Below are positions 40,277 to 49,798 of a DNA stretch of 64,000 nt, piece after piece (the stretch's first letter is position 1; every line of letters starts with the position of its first letter). The stretch spans positions 148,654-212,653 of the forward strand of contig CAWFAD010000010.1 in NCBI GenBank assembly GCA_963813815.1. Reading direction: 5' to 3'. Made by a program: the position numbers and the translations under genes. This DNA is from an uncultured bacterium. GTDB lineage: Bacteria; Krumholzibacteriota; Krumholzibacteriia; Krumholzibacteriales; Krumholzibacteriaceae. The notes beneath the pieces were generated by a model. It saw nothing but the letters and a program-made list of their open reading frames with translations, did no database searches and was not told where the DNA came from.

Positions 40277-42244
40277 CTATCTCAGCAAGACGAGTTTCTT
40301 GGTGAGCGATCTCTTTCCCGCCGTGAGCCGATAGAAGTAGATCCCCGCTGCGGCGGGCTCTCCCCGCGCATCCCTGCCGTCCCACGGCACAGCATGAACG
40401 CCCTCTTCCTCGATGCCGTCGAGGAGGCACGCGATCTCCCTCCCCGCGCAGTCGTAGACGGCGAGCCTCACGCGAGAGCGCTCCGGAAGCTCGAATCGGA
40501 TTGTCGTCCCCGGGTTGAACGGATTCGGATAGTTCTGCGCGAGGGATAGCGCGAGAGGCGGGAGCGAGACGGGCTCGCTCTCGAAGAGAACGCTTCGCTC
40601 TCCCGCCCGCTCGACGTCGACCCGGTACCGATAGGCGACCCCCCTCAGGCAGGTCTCGTCGAAGAAGGCGAAGGACAGGCCGTCTCTTTGCAGCCCCGCC
40701 GCGGGCAGCTCCTCGTACCCGCCACCCTCGGGGGCGCGCAGCACGATGAAGGCCGCGTCGTCATCGATCTCCGACAGCCGCCATTCGACGACGATGCGCG
40801 AGCTTTCCGCTCGGGCGCAGAAGCTCTGGAGAAGAGTCGCCACGGTCTCGCCGTTCGCCGTGACCCGCATGGCGTAGACCGCGCCGATCGTGTCCTGCCG
40901 CAGATCGCGCCACGTGAGGATCGCCCCGCCTTCCCCGTTCGAGGTCATCTGGGGATAGTATTGCCCGTCGGGCGCGTCGCACACCACAACCGCCGTCTCC
41001 GTCCACAGCAGGATGCCGTCGGGATCGACCCTCTGGGCGAAAATGTCATAGTAGGTAGGGGTTCCCCATCCCCAGCACCAGCAGATAATGGCTCCCCCGG
41101 CTCCGTCCTGGACCAACTCGGGATGGGTATAAGAAGCAAATCCAATCGGTGGGTTGAGATGGATGGGGACGCCGTTCGCCACCCAGAGCAGGTCTCCGGT
41201 TCCACTCATGCGCTGCGCATAGATATCGCTGCAGCTGTCCCGCTGATCGCACCATGCTATGAAGGCGCCTCCGGCGCCGTCGAGTATCATTCCGATATCA
41301 GTCTGATCGAGCGCGGCTATGCAGATCGGCACGTCCCCGCGCGACAAGATGGCGCCTGTCGAATCAATTCGCTGAGCGAATATGTTCCGATAGCCGTCAT
41401 TCCCGCTGTTCCAGGCAATGAAGGCCCCTCCGCAGTTATCCTCAATGCAGACCACTTCCCACTTCGTGACGCTGGTGCCCGAGACGCGCACCCCGTCCGT
41501 CGCCCACAGCTTGTTTCCGCTCCCATCGATGCGCTGGGCATAAACGAAGGAATACACGAGGCTGTAGCGGTTATCCTCCCAGGCGATGATGACGCCCCCG
41601 GCTCCATCCGTGGTCGCTCGAGGCTTATTCTGCCACCACACGGTGGGGCATACGGGGATGCCGTTCACCGCCCACAGGGCCTTGCCGTCGCCATCGAGCT
41701 TTTGGCAATAGATCTGCCCCACGCCGCTTCGATCATCCCGCCAAGCGATGATGAAGTTGCCATGGCCGTCTGGAACGGTGACGGGCATATATTGCCCGTA
41801 TCTCTCCGTAACGACCGGCACGCCGTCCGGCGTCCACTGCACCTCGCCGGCGGCGTTGACCCGCTGCGCATATATGTGAAAAGTGCCGCTCCGCTCATCG
41901 CGCCAAGATATGATGGCCCCGCCTTCGCCGTCCGCGACTATTTGCGGGTCCATTTGCCGCCCGGGAGCTGTGCAGATAGGGACTCCATTGGAGGACCATA
42001 GGAGATTTCCATCTCGATCAATGCGCTGGCAGAATATATCCATGTAAGTGCTTCCCACTGGATATTCATCCCATGTGATAAATGCCCCGCCGGCTCCGTC
42101 GCTCGCAATGTAGGCGTACCACTGGTCTCCCAGCGAGGGGCACACCGGCACGCCGTCCTCGATCCAATCCGCTCGCAGAGCCGGAGAGGCAATAAGCGAG
42201 ACCAGCATGACAATCAGGGCAACACGGCATTTTAGCGATGCCAT
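40277..42244 (-). CDS. Secreted repeat (probable beta-propeller) protein with C-terminal FlgD-Ig/T9SS-type domain
   Basis: Signal peptide; eight ~60-aa repeats; LAQNYPNPFNP.T.I.F..VYD..GR..WDGRD..G..A.GIYFYRL..KKLVLLR. Confidence 0.85.
   Translation of the reverse strand: MASLKCRVALIVMLVSLIASPALRADWIEDGVPVCPSLGDQWYAYIASDGAGGAFITWDEYPVGSTYMDIFCQRIDRDGNLLWSSNGVPICTAPGRQMDPQIVADGEGGAIISWRDERSGTFHIYAQRVNAAGEVQWTPDGVPVVTERYGQYMPVTVPDGHGNFIIAWRDDRSGVGQIYCQKLDGDGKALWAVNGIPVCPTVWWQNKPRATTDGAGGVIIAWEDNRYSLVYSFVYAQRIDGSGNKLWATDGVRVSGTSVTKWEVVCIEDNCGGAFIAWNSGNDGYRNIFAQRIDSTGAILSRGDVPICIAALDQTDIGMILDGAGGAFIAWCDQRDSCSDIYAQRMSGTGDLLWVANGVPIHLNPPIGFASYTHPELVQDGAGGAIICWCWGWGTPTYYDIFAQRVDPDGILLWTETAVVVCDAPDGQYYPQMTSNGEGGAILTWRDLRQDTIGAVYAMRVTANGETVATLLQSFCARAESSRIVVEWRLSEIDDDAAFIVLRAPEGGGYEELPAAGLQRDGLSFAFFDETCLRGVAYRYRVDVERAGERSVLFESEPVSLPPLALSLAQNYPNPFNPGTTIRFELPERSRVRLAVYDCAGREIACLLDGIEEEGVHAVPWDGRDARGEPAAAGIYFYRLTAGKRSLTKKLVLLR
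40860..42160 (-). repeat. Eight degenerate protein-level tandem repeats (DGxGGAhIxWxDxR...IYAQRxxxxGxxLWxxxGVPxC)
   Basis: Units begin DGAGGAFITW, DGEGGAIISW, DGHGNFIIAW, DGAGGVIIAW, DNCGGAFIAW, DGAGGAFIAW, DGAGGAIICW, NGEGGAILTW; bounds approximate. Confidence 0.85.
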
Positions 42245-42424
42245 GGGGCTTGGTACTCCGCAGATTCGAGCCTTCGTGTTCATGGGTGAAACAGTATGAC
42301 CGCTCCTATAAGCATAGCCCATTTTGGAGTTGTTTTGTGCGAATTTGCGACCTCCTCGGCAAAACCTGGAATCTCGCTGAAACGGTCAACCGAGATCGTG
42401 ATTTGGCACAGGAGGAATGGGTCC

Positions 42425-42453
42425 TTGACGCCGCGGCAGGGGCGGCGTAAAAT
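42425..42453 (+). promoter_or_regulatory. sigma70-type promoter
   Basis: TTGACG, 17 bp, TAAAAT upstream of ATG 42506. Confidence 0.6.
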
Positions 42454-42505
42454 GCGTACGTATAATCAATCTACATTTTGGGAATCCGGCGCGAAGGTTT
42501 ACGGC

Positions 42506-43432
42506 ATGCGACTCTTTATGCTTGCCGTCATGTTTTCGCTTCTCTATGCGTCCGACGCGTACTCCCGAACATGGTACGTTCGAACAGACGGAACCGGGGA
42601 TGCCCCGACGATTCAGGCCGCTCTCGACAGCGCGCAGGCCGGCGACACGGTCCTCGTGGGATCCGGGACACACGAAGTTGAATACATGCTTCTTTGCAGC
42701 AGCAATAATGATCTGACGATACTGGGGGAAGAGCCGGAGGGATCGGCGACAATAAGCGGGATAACAGATCAGAGCCTGTTTATGGTTGAATGCTCCTCAG
42801 ACATTTTAATAAGGGGAATGACGTTTTCGAATTGTCCCCTTATTTTGAATGGGAGTGGTCCCACAATTATAGCGCACAACATTTTTTACAATAATTCTTC
42901 TATCATAGTAGAGGCAAGCGGTTCGAGTGAAATATTCAACAATCTCATTTATTCCTGCGGAGCCGGAATAAGCTGCGGCGACTATGCAATGGACATTAAG
43001 ATACACCACAATGTCATCGCCTTCAACGTTGGCACCTCGGGCCCAGGTGATGGAACAGGCATTTTGCTCGACGCCGGAAGCTATTGGATTAGCAACAACA
43101 TTATTGTCAATAATCGGCAGGGCATACGGAGCATTTCAACGACCGTGCATCTCGACTGCAACAATGTGTGGGGGAATGCGGAATTCAACTACAGCCTGCT
43201 GTTTTTCCCGGATCCGACGGGAACGAACGGCAATATTTCTCTGGACCCGCAGTTTTGCGGTGTGAGCCCGGATATCTCGGGCAATTTCTATCTGCAATCC
43301 GATTCGCCCTGCGCCCCCGGGAACCATCCGGACGGCTTCGGCTGCGGTCTCATCGGCAGGTACCCGGTCGGTTGCGAGACCGTATCCACGGAGCGAACGA
43401 GTTGGGGCGAAATAAAGGCAATGTTCAAGTAA
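42506..43432 (+). CDS. Secreted right-handed parallel beta-helix (pectin lyase-like) protein with C-terminal SWGxIK motif
   Basis: Signal peptide; TIQAALDSA..GDTVLV..G; Asn-rich I.NNII..N repeats; GNIS.DPQFC..LQSDSPC; ends VSTERTSWGEIKAMFK. Confidence 0.85.
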   Translation: MRLFMLAVMFSLLYASDAYSRTWYVRTDGTGDAPTIQAALDSAQAGDTVLVGSGTHEVEYMLLCSSNNDLTILGEEPEGSATISGITDQSLFMVECSSDILIRGMTFSNCPLILNGSGPTIIAHNIFYNNSSIIVEASGSSEIFNNLIYSCGAGISCGDYAMDIKIHHNVIAFNVGTSGPGDGTGILLDAGSYWISNNIIVNNRQGIRSISTTVHLDCNNVWGNAEFNYSLLFFPDPTGTNGNISLDPQFCGVSPDISGNFYLQSDSPCAPGNHPDGFGCGLIGRYPVGCETVSTERTSWGEIKAMFK

Positions 43433-43461
43433 ATGGATGGAAGGTCAAGGACCTCGCCAGT

Positions 43462-44691
43462 TCAGCGGAGCAGCACGAGCTTTCTCGAGAACACTTCCTT
43501 GCCGACGGCGAGCCTGCAGTAATACACCCCGGAGGGCAAGCTGGCGCGGCTCGCGGCCATGGGGTTCCACCGGAAAATGTGATGTCCGGCCTCGCGCGCG
43601 CCGAGTTCGTACCGGTCGACGAGGCGTCCGGCCGCGTCGTAGAAGGAGATCGTCGCGGGCTTTCCCGCGCCGGCGGCGCTCACGGTGTAGGGAATCACCG
43701 TCGAGGGGTTGAACGGGTTCGGATAGTTCTGTCCGAGGAAGGCGGCGGCCGCGGCTCCCTCGACGAAGATCGGCCCGTAGCGCGATGGGTCGTCGTCGGC
43801 GATCTCGACGAGGTAGTAGTAGAGATTCCGGGTGGGGTCGTCGCAGGGATCGAGGAACTCGTACGTTCCGCTCGCGGAGACGGGCGCGAGGTTGCGTTTC
43901 ACGGCCGCGAGAAACTCGGGCTCGTACCCGCGATACACGTCGAACGAGACGGACCCGGAGCAATCCATCGTGCACCAGCTGATCGCCACGCCCCCCTCGA
44001 CGCGCCGGCACTCGGCGGAGGAGATGAGAACGCCGACGAGCGGCGTGAGAGAGATCGGGATGTTCTTCGTTTCGTCCGGCTCGAGGTGGATATCCGTGAT
44101 GACGGTATCGCGGTATCCGGGAGCGTGGGCCGACAGAATGTAGACCGACGAGCAGAGGTTGTCGAACCAGTATGAGGCGCCGCTCCACGAGGAGAAGGTG
44201 CCGATGACGTTGTACAGGGAATCGAAGAGAATCACGGTCGTGCCGTCCGGGACGCCGCTCGATCCGTCGGCGGTCACGGTGCCCGTGATGATTCCCGTCG
44301 GCTGCTCTATCCGGTAAGTATAATCCGAGTCGTTGAAGTAGAAGTAGTGATAGCCGCTATCGGGAAGCATCGCCACGATGCTCGGGGGGTTCCACGCGAG
44401 ATCGGCGACTCCCCACACGCCGCTCCATCCCCAGTGAAGGGGCAGATACGAGCCGTTCATGGTGAATTTGAAGAAAACGGTATCAGGGCTTCCCGGCTGG
44501 TCGACGAAAACGAGTTTTCGCCAGAGGTGCTCATCGAGGAGCTGCATGTTGTTCACGGGATCGTCCGGCTCGCAGGTGATGCCGTCGAAATTGCCCACGA
44601 GCTGTACGGAAACGGGCTCCTGTGAACGGGAAGGGCCAGCGAACGGCAGCAAGAGGATACCTGCGAGAATCGCTGCGCCGATACGCGTCAT
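43462..44691 (-). CDS. Secreted multi-domain protein (CBM-like plus carboxypeptidase-regulatory-like) with C-terminal FlgD-Ig/T9SS-type domain
   Basis: Signal peptide; LVGNF..FFKF..W segment; GIITGTV..Y.LSAHAPGY; LGQNYPNPFNPST...SGVYYCRL..RKLVLLR. Confidence 0.8.
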   Translation of the reverse strand: MTRIGAAILAGILLLPFAGPSRSQEPVSVQLVGNFDGITCEPDDPVNNMQLLDEHLWRKLVFVDQPGSPDTVFFKFTMNGSYLPLHWGWSGVWGVADLAWNPPSIVAMLPDSGYHYFYFNDSDYTYRIEQPTGIITGTVTADGSSGVPDGTTVILFDSLYNVIGTFSSWSGASYWFDNLCSSVYILSAHAPGYRDTVITDIHLEPDETKNIPISLTPLVGVLISSAECRRVEGGVAISWCTMDCSGSVSFDVYRGYEPEFLAAVKRNLAPVSASGTYEFLDPCDDPTRNLYYYLVEIADDDPSRYGPIFVEGAAAAAFLGQNYPNPFNPSTVIPYTVSAAGAGKPATISFYDAAGRLVDRYELGAREAGHHIFRWNPMAASRASLPSGVYYCRLAVGKEVFSRKLVLLR

Positions 44692-44950
44692 ACCAACTGC
44701 TCCATCCCTTTCGGTGTCCGGCTTCGATGTTTCGGCTCGCTCGACGCGTAATTGCGTATTTACTACCTAATTATAGCTCGTCGCGGCCGCCGAGTCAAAT
44801 CCGTGCCGGTTCCGGATGCCCATTCAACGGCTTGCACCGACTCATTTTACTGCAAGTACCGTACCACGGCCGGGCCAAAGGCATGCTTTTTGCGGATGCC
44901 CCCGGGGCATGCTGCGGCTTTGAGACGACTGCCGGGGTGAGCAGACGGCC

Positions 44951-45496
44951 ATGGGTATCAGAATCTCTGCAATCTATAATAGAGGCAAAGAGTTCATCGC
45001 CGTGGATCAGGCCGTGAAGGCCCACAGCGAGACCTTCGAGTCGGAGGAGCTCTTTCGCAGGGCCGAGGCGCTCGTGCAGAAGCGCAACTACGAGAAAGCG
45101 GAAAGCCTTCTCGTCGAGGCTCTCAAGATCGTTCCCGAGAACGCCCAGTACCTGTCGTACTACGGCCTGTGCGTCGCCATGCTCGGCGGCCGCGAAAAGG
45201 GGGACACGATCTGCACCAAGGCGTTCAGGCTCGATCCCACCAGCCCGGTCATCTGCGTGAATCTCGGCCGGGTCAAGCTCGAGCTCGGCCTCCGGAAGGA
45301 CGCTCACGAGCTCTTTTCGCGCGGATATGACCTCGACTACTCCCAGTCGGCCGCGGCGCTCGAGCTTTCGGGCATGGGCGTGCGCCGGCCGCCCGTCATC
45401 CCCTTTCTCCCGCGCCGCCACCAGCTCAACATCTTTCTCGGAAGGCTGCGCCATAGGATCCTCGGTTTCAAACAGCCCGGCTGGAAAAAGCTCTAG
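44951..45496 (+). CDS. TPR-repeat protein (start uncertain)
   Basis: TPR-like helices; C-terminal MGVRRPPVIPFLPR.H.LN..LG. Confidence 0.75.
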   Translation: MGIRISAIYNRGKEFIAVDQAVKAHSETFESEELFRRAEALVQKRNYEKAESLLVEALKIVPENAQYLSYYGLCVAMLGGREKGDTICTKAFRLDPTSPVICVNLGRVKLELGLRKDAHELFSRGYDLDYSQSAAALELSGMGVRRPPVIPFLPRRHQLNIFLGRLRHRILGFKQPGWKKL

Positions 45497-45530
45497 AACG
45501 GTCATCCCGACAAGCTCTACAATGGTTGGC

Positions 45531-46700
45531 ATGCGAACGTGTCGGAACGTTTCCGTCGCTCCGTGTCTTCTCGCCCTCGCGCTTCTCGGCTCCTCCTGCG
45601 GTGGGGGACGGCTCGAGGACGCGGTGGGGGAATGGAGCGAGGGGCGCGCGCTGCAAGACCGGCGTCTCGTCGCGTTTCTCGAGCGGAGCGATTTTCATGG
45701 GGCGCTCGCGCTCGCGGACAGCGTGATCGAAACGGGAGAGCGGAGCTCGCGCATCCTCACGCAGCGCGCCCGCGCCCTCGGCGGGCTCGGCAGGAACGCC
45801 GAGGCCGTGGCCGATTTCGAGGAGGCCGTCCTCGGCGATTACGAGAGCTGCGAGAGCCATCTCGAGTTCGCGATCTACCTCATGCGCGCGGGAAAGACGG
45901 GGCGCGCGCATACCGAGTTCATGGAGGCGAAGACGTTCTGCGACGAGCGGCACTTGCCGGTCATCTACCGGAATCTCGCGGTGGCGGGGATCAAGCTCGA
46001 CCGGCTCGCCGATGCGGGGCGATACGTGGCCGACGGGCTCGCGGTCGCGCCGGGAGATTCGTATCTCCTCGGCCTCAAGGGGATGCTCGTCGCCCGGGAG
46101 AATCCGCTCGAAGCGGAAAGCCTTTTCGCGAGGGCGCTCGGGGCGGGCGAGGTCTCGGACGAGATACTCGTCCCGTACGCCCTCCTCCTCCTGAACGGAG
46201 GGAACGCGCCGAAGGCGGTCTCCGTCCTCGAAAAGGCCGCCTCGGCCGCTCCCGACAGTCGCGAGATCCGGGAGTATCTCGCCGAGGCGCTCGACCGGTC
46301 CGGGCGGCCGCGCGAGGCGGAGCCGATCCTGCGCGGGCTCCTTGCCGAGCGGGACGAGCCCGAGGCGCGGAGCGCGCTCGCGAGGGCCCTGTTTCACGCC
46401 GGAGAGCTCGCCGCCGCGCTCGAGATATACCGGGGGCTCGATGAGACGCCCGAGACCATGGACCGCATCGCCATGTGCCTCCACGGTCTCGGCCGCCTCG
46501 ACGAGGCGCTTCCGTGGGCGAGGCGGGCGATCGCCGCGAGGCCGGATTGGCCGCAGGGCATGATCAATCTCGCGGTCATACTGGCGGCGAGGGGGGAGAT
46601 CGAGGAGGCGGTGGGGCTCCTCGAACGCGCGGTCTCGCTCGATCCGTCGAACGAAGCCGCGGCCTCGAATCTGGAGCGGCTTCGGGCGGCGCGGCGGTGA
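45531..46700 (+). CDS. TPR-repeat lipoprotein
   Basis: Lipobox LGSSC followed by many TPR units. Confidence 0.8.
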   Translation: MRTCRNVSVAPCLLALALLGSSCGGGRLEDAVGEWSEGRALQDRRLVAFLERSDFHGALALADSVIETGERSSRILTQRARALGGLGRNAEAVADFEEAVLGDYESCESHLEFAIYLMRAGKTGRAHTEFMEAKTFCDERHLPVIYRNLAVAGIKLDRLADAGRYVADGLAVAPGDSYLLGLKGMLVARENPLEAESLFARALGAGEVSDEILVPYALLLLNGGNAPKAVSVLEKAASAAPDSREIREYLAEALDRSGRPREAEPILRGLLAERDEPEARSALARALFHAGELAAALEIYRGLDETPETMDRIAMCLHGLGRLDEALPWARRAIAARPDWPQGMINLAVILAARGEIEEAVGLLERAVSLDPSNEAAASNLERLRAARR

Positions 46701-46820
46701 GACGCGAAAAAAGGTGCTGACGCGCCCTCCATTTTTCTATAGAATATCGCCGGGTGAGGAAACAAACCTCCAATGGAATCGTAATAACGATTGAAGATTC
46801 CAAGACCGGAGGTAGATGAA

Positions 46821-47252
46821 ATGTACTGCAAATACTGCGGCAAAGAGATCGGCGACAGCGTCGAATTCTGCACCTACTGCGGCAAGCGGATCGTCGAGGC
46901 TCCGGGAAGCGATCGGGGCATCTACCGGCACGAGTTCCTGAGGCTTCGCGCTCCGCGGGAGGCCAAGAACCCGAAAGCCGCCGCCGCTCTCGGATTTTTT
47001 CTCAGCTGGATCTTTTTCGGCCCCGTCGGCTACATCTACCTCGGGCAGTGGAACTGGTTCTGGCTCACCTTCATCATCCAGATCTTCGCGTACCCGCTGA
47101 CCGCCTTTTTCGCGTATCCGCTGCTTCCCATCGTGTTCGGCATCCATCAGTACCAGATGGCCCGGGACCTGAACGAGCTCGTCGTCCCGCGGACGGAAGA
47201 GTCGGCGAACGCTCCCGGCGAGAGCCGGTACGATTCCATCGAACGTCCCTAG
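46821..47252 (+). CDS. Zinc-ribbon membrane protein (TM2-like)
   Basis: MYCKYCGKEI...FCTYCG; KNPKAAAAL..G.GYIYLGQ; TM helices; SD GGAGG. Confidence 0.8.
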   Translation: MYCKYCGKEIGDSVEFCTYCGKRIVEAPGSDRGIYRHEFLRLRAPREAKNPKAAAALGFFLSWIFFGPVGYIYLGQWNWFWLTFIIQIFAYPLTAFFAYPLLPIVFGIHQYQMARDLNELVVPRTEESANAPGESRYDSIERP

Positions 47253-47282
47253 ATCCGGCGCCCGGCCCGGAAAAGGATCCTC

Positions 47283-48230
47283 GTGGACCGAAACCTCGCG
47301 CTCGAGCTCGTGAGAGTGACCGAGGCCGCCGCCCTCGCTTCCGCGCGTTTTTTCGGCAAAGGGGATCCGCTGAGCGCCGATCGGGCGGCCGTGGAGGCGA
47401 TGGAGCTCGCCTTCGCCGGAGTCAAAATCACCGGACATATCGTGATCGGCGAGGAGCGCCTCGGGGAGCAATCGAGGCTCTGCGCCGGCGACCGGGTCGG
47501 AGCGGGGGGCGACGTCGAGCTCGATCTGGCGATGGATCCGGTCGATTGCATCGAGGCGCTCGCGAACGGCCAGGCGAACTCGATTTCGGCGATCGCCATG
47601 GCCACGAGCGGGTCGTTTCTCGCGCCTCCCGCGCCCTTTATCCGCATGATCGCGACGGGAGGGGAGGCGGCGGACGGCGTCGATCTCGGCGCGTCGGTCT
47701 TCGCCAACCTCGTGCGCATAGCGGAGGCGAAACGGGTCTACGTGGAGGATCTCACCGTCTCGATCATCGACCGGGAGGCTCACCGGCCCCTCGTCGAGGA
47801 GGTGCGGGCCGCGGGCGCCCGCATCGAGCTTCTCCGGGACGGCGAGCTCGCCGGCGCTCTTTCGGCCGCTCTTCCCGGCACCGGCATCGACGTGTCGATC
47901 GGCACCGGCGAGGCCAAACGGGGGATCATCGCGGCGGCGGCGCTCGCCTGCATCGGAGCGGGTTTTCAGGCGCAGTTCATTCCCGCGCCGGACGCCGACC
48001 CCGGGACGCTCGCGGAGGAGCACGCGAAGATATATCGCGCGCGGGACATCGTCGGGGGCGGAAGCGTGATGTTCGCCGCGACCGGTGTGTCGAACAGCGA
48101 TTTTCTCGAGGGCGTCATGTTCCGGCCCGGCGGCGCCGTCACGCACAGCGTCGTGTTCCGGAGCAAGTCGGGCACGATCCGGTTCCTCAAGACCGAGCAT
48201 TTCTTCGAAAAGGCCCCCGATTACACCTGA
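47283..48230 (+). CDS. GlpX-like (class II fructose-1,6-bisphosphatase fold) protein with altered catalytic motifs
   Basis: MDRNLALELVRVTEAAAL, AD.AAV.AM, VIGE, FAATGV, THSVV.RSKSGTIRF; DPVDCI in place of DP(L/I)(E/D)GT. Confidence 0.8.
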   Translation: MDRNLALELVRVTEAAALASARFFGKGDPLSADRAAVEAMELAFAGVKITGHIVIGEERLGEQSRLCAGDRVGAGGDVELDLAMDPVDCIEALANGQANSISAIAMATSGSFLAPPAPFIRMIATGGEAADGVDLGASVFANLVRIAEAKRVYVEDLTVSIIDREAHRPLVEEVRAAGARIELLRDGELAGALSAALPGTGIDVSIGTGEAKRGIIAAAALACIGAGFQAQFIPAPDADPGTLAEEHAKIYRARDIVGGGSVMFAATGVSNSDFLEGVMFRPGGAVTHSVVFRSKSGTIRFLKTEHFFEKAPDYT

Positions 48231-48247
48231 TCCCGCAGGAGCGCCCC

Positions 48248-49576
48248 ATGCCCGATCTGTTCGAGAGCAACGTCGCGCCGCCGCTCGCCGAGCGGATGCG
48301 TCCGCGCACGATCGAGGAGTTCGTCGGACAGGGGGATCTCGTCGGCGAGGGGAGGATACTCCGCCGCATCCTCGAGCGCGGAAAGCTCGACTCCTCGCTC
48401 ATCTTCTGGGGTCCGCCCGGCTGCGGCAAGACGACGCTCGCGCACCTCATATCGCAGGCGGTGGACGCGCATTTCGAGTTCTTCTCCGCCGTCACCGCCG
48501 GCATTCAGGACGTGAAGCGCGTCGCCGCCGAGGCCGCGAACCGCTCGCGGCTGCGGGGGCGACGCACGATTCTCTTCGTGGACGAGATACACCGCTTCAA
48601 CAAGGCGCAGCAGGACGCCTTTCTTCCGTTCATCGAGAACGGCACGATAGCCCTCATCGGCGCGACCACGGAGAACCCGAGCTTCGAGGTGATAGCGCCG
48701 CTTCTTTCGCGCTGCCGTGTTTTCATTCTGAAGCCGCTCGGCGAGGAGGAGATCGCTTCGGTGATACGCCGCGCGCTCTCCGACGCCTCGGCCGGGCTCG
48801 GCGCGAGGAGGATCGCCGTGGCGGACGACGACGTCCGGTATCTCGCGCATCTGTCCTCGGGCGACGCCCGGACCGCGCTCAACATTCTCGAGCTCGCCGT
48901 CGAGTCGACCGCGGAGTCGGGCGGCGCCGTCGGCCTCTCTCGCTCCTCTCTCGAGGAGGCCGCGCAGAAGAAGGCGATTCTCTACGACAAGAAGGGAGAG
49001 GAGCACTACAACATCATCTCGGCGCTGCACAAGAGCCTTCGCGGGGGCGACGCGGACGCGGCGCTCTACTGGCTCGCCCGCATGCTCGAGGCCGGGGAAG
49101 ACCCGCTCTTCGTGGCGCGCCGGCTCGTCAGGTTCGCGTCGGAGGACATCGGAAACGCCGACCCGCAGGCGCTCTCCGTCGCGCTCGCCGCGATGCAGGC
49201 CTTTCATTTCATCGGGCTTCCCGAGGGGAAGCTCGCTCTGGCCCAGTGCGCCGTCTACCTCGCCCTCGCCCCGAAGAGCAACGCGCTCTACACGGCATAT
49301 GACGCCGCGGCGCGCGACGTCGCAGAGCATGGGGCGCTTCCCGTGCCCCTCGATATCAGGAACCCCGTGACGCGCTTCATGAAGAACGTCGGGTACGGAA
49401 GGGACTACCGCTATCCGCATGAGGACCCGGACGCCGTCGTCGGTCAGGAGTATTTTCCGCATGAGCTCGCGGGGCGCCGCTACTACGTTCCCGTCGAGCG
49501 CGGCTTCGAACGGGAGATGAAAAAGCGCCTCGAGTACTGGCGATCCCTCCGCGAGAAGAAAAAGGACGACGGCTGA
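48248..49576 (+). CDS. rarA: Replication-associated recombination protein A (MgsA)
   Basis: PLAERMRP, GPPGCGKTT, DEIHRFNKAQQD, ATTENPSF, ISALHKSLRG, ASEDIG.ADP. Confidence 0.96.
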   Translation: MPDLFESNVAPPLAERMRPRTIEEFVGQGDLVGEGRILRRILERGKLDSSLIFWGPPGCGKTTLAHLISQAVDAHFEFFSAVTAGIQDVKRVAAEAANRSRLRGRRTILFVDEIHRFNKAQQDAFLPFIENGTIALIGATTENPSFEVIAPLLSRCRVFILKPLGEEEIASVIRRALSDASAGLGARRIAVADDDVRYLAHLSSGDARTALNILELAVESTAESGGAVGLSRSSLEEAAQKKAILYDKKGEEHYNIISALHKSLRGGDADAALYWLARMLEAGEDPLFVARRLVRFASEDIGNADPQALSVALAAMQAFHFIGLPEGKLALAQCAVYLALAPKSNALYTAYDAAARDVAEHGALPVPLDIRNPVTRFMKNVGYGRDYRYPHEDPDAVVGQEYFPHELAGRRYYVPVERGFEREMKKRLEYWRSLREKKKDDG

Positions 49577-49706
49577 GACCCCGGAGAGCTCTATACCGGC
49601 GAGGCGAATGGTCGCCCCGGTCCCTCACTGCATCGCCCACCATTCTCCTTCAAACGCCTTAACTAATGGCCGGATAACGCATTGCGCTCATTCCGCATGA
49701 GTTCGC

Positions 49707-49735
49707 TTGACGAAATTGTTGCGATATGTCATAAT
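49707..49735 (+). promoter_or_regulatory. sigma70-type promoter
   Basis: TTGACG, 17 bp, TGtCATAAT in an AT-rich intergenic stretch. Confidence 0.6.
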
Positions 49736-49798
49736 TATCAGCAAGTTAAGAAATTTAACGACGAGCTTTTTGTGCTGCATGTGGAGGTTAACGGTAAC

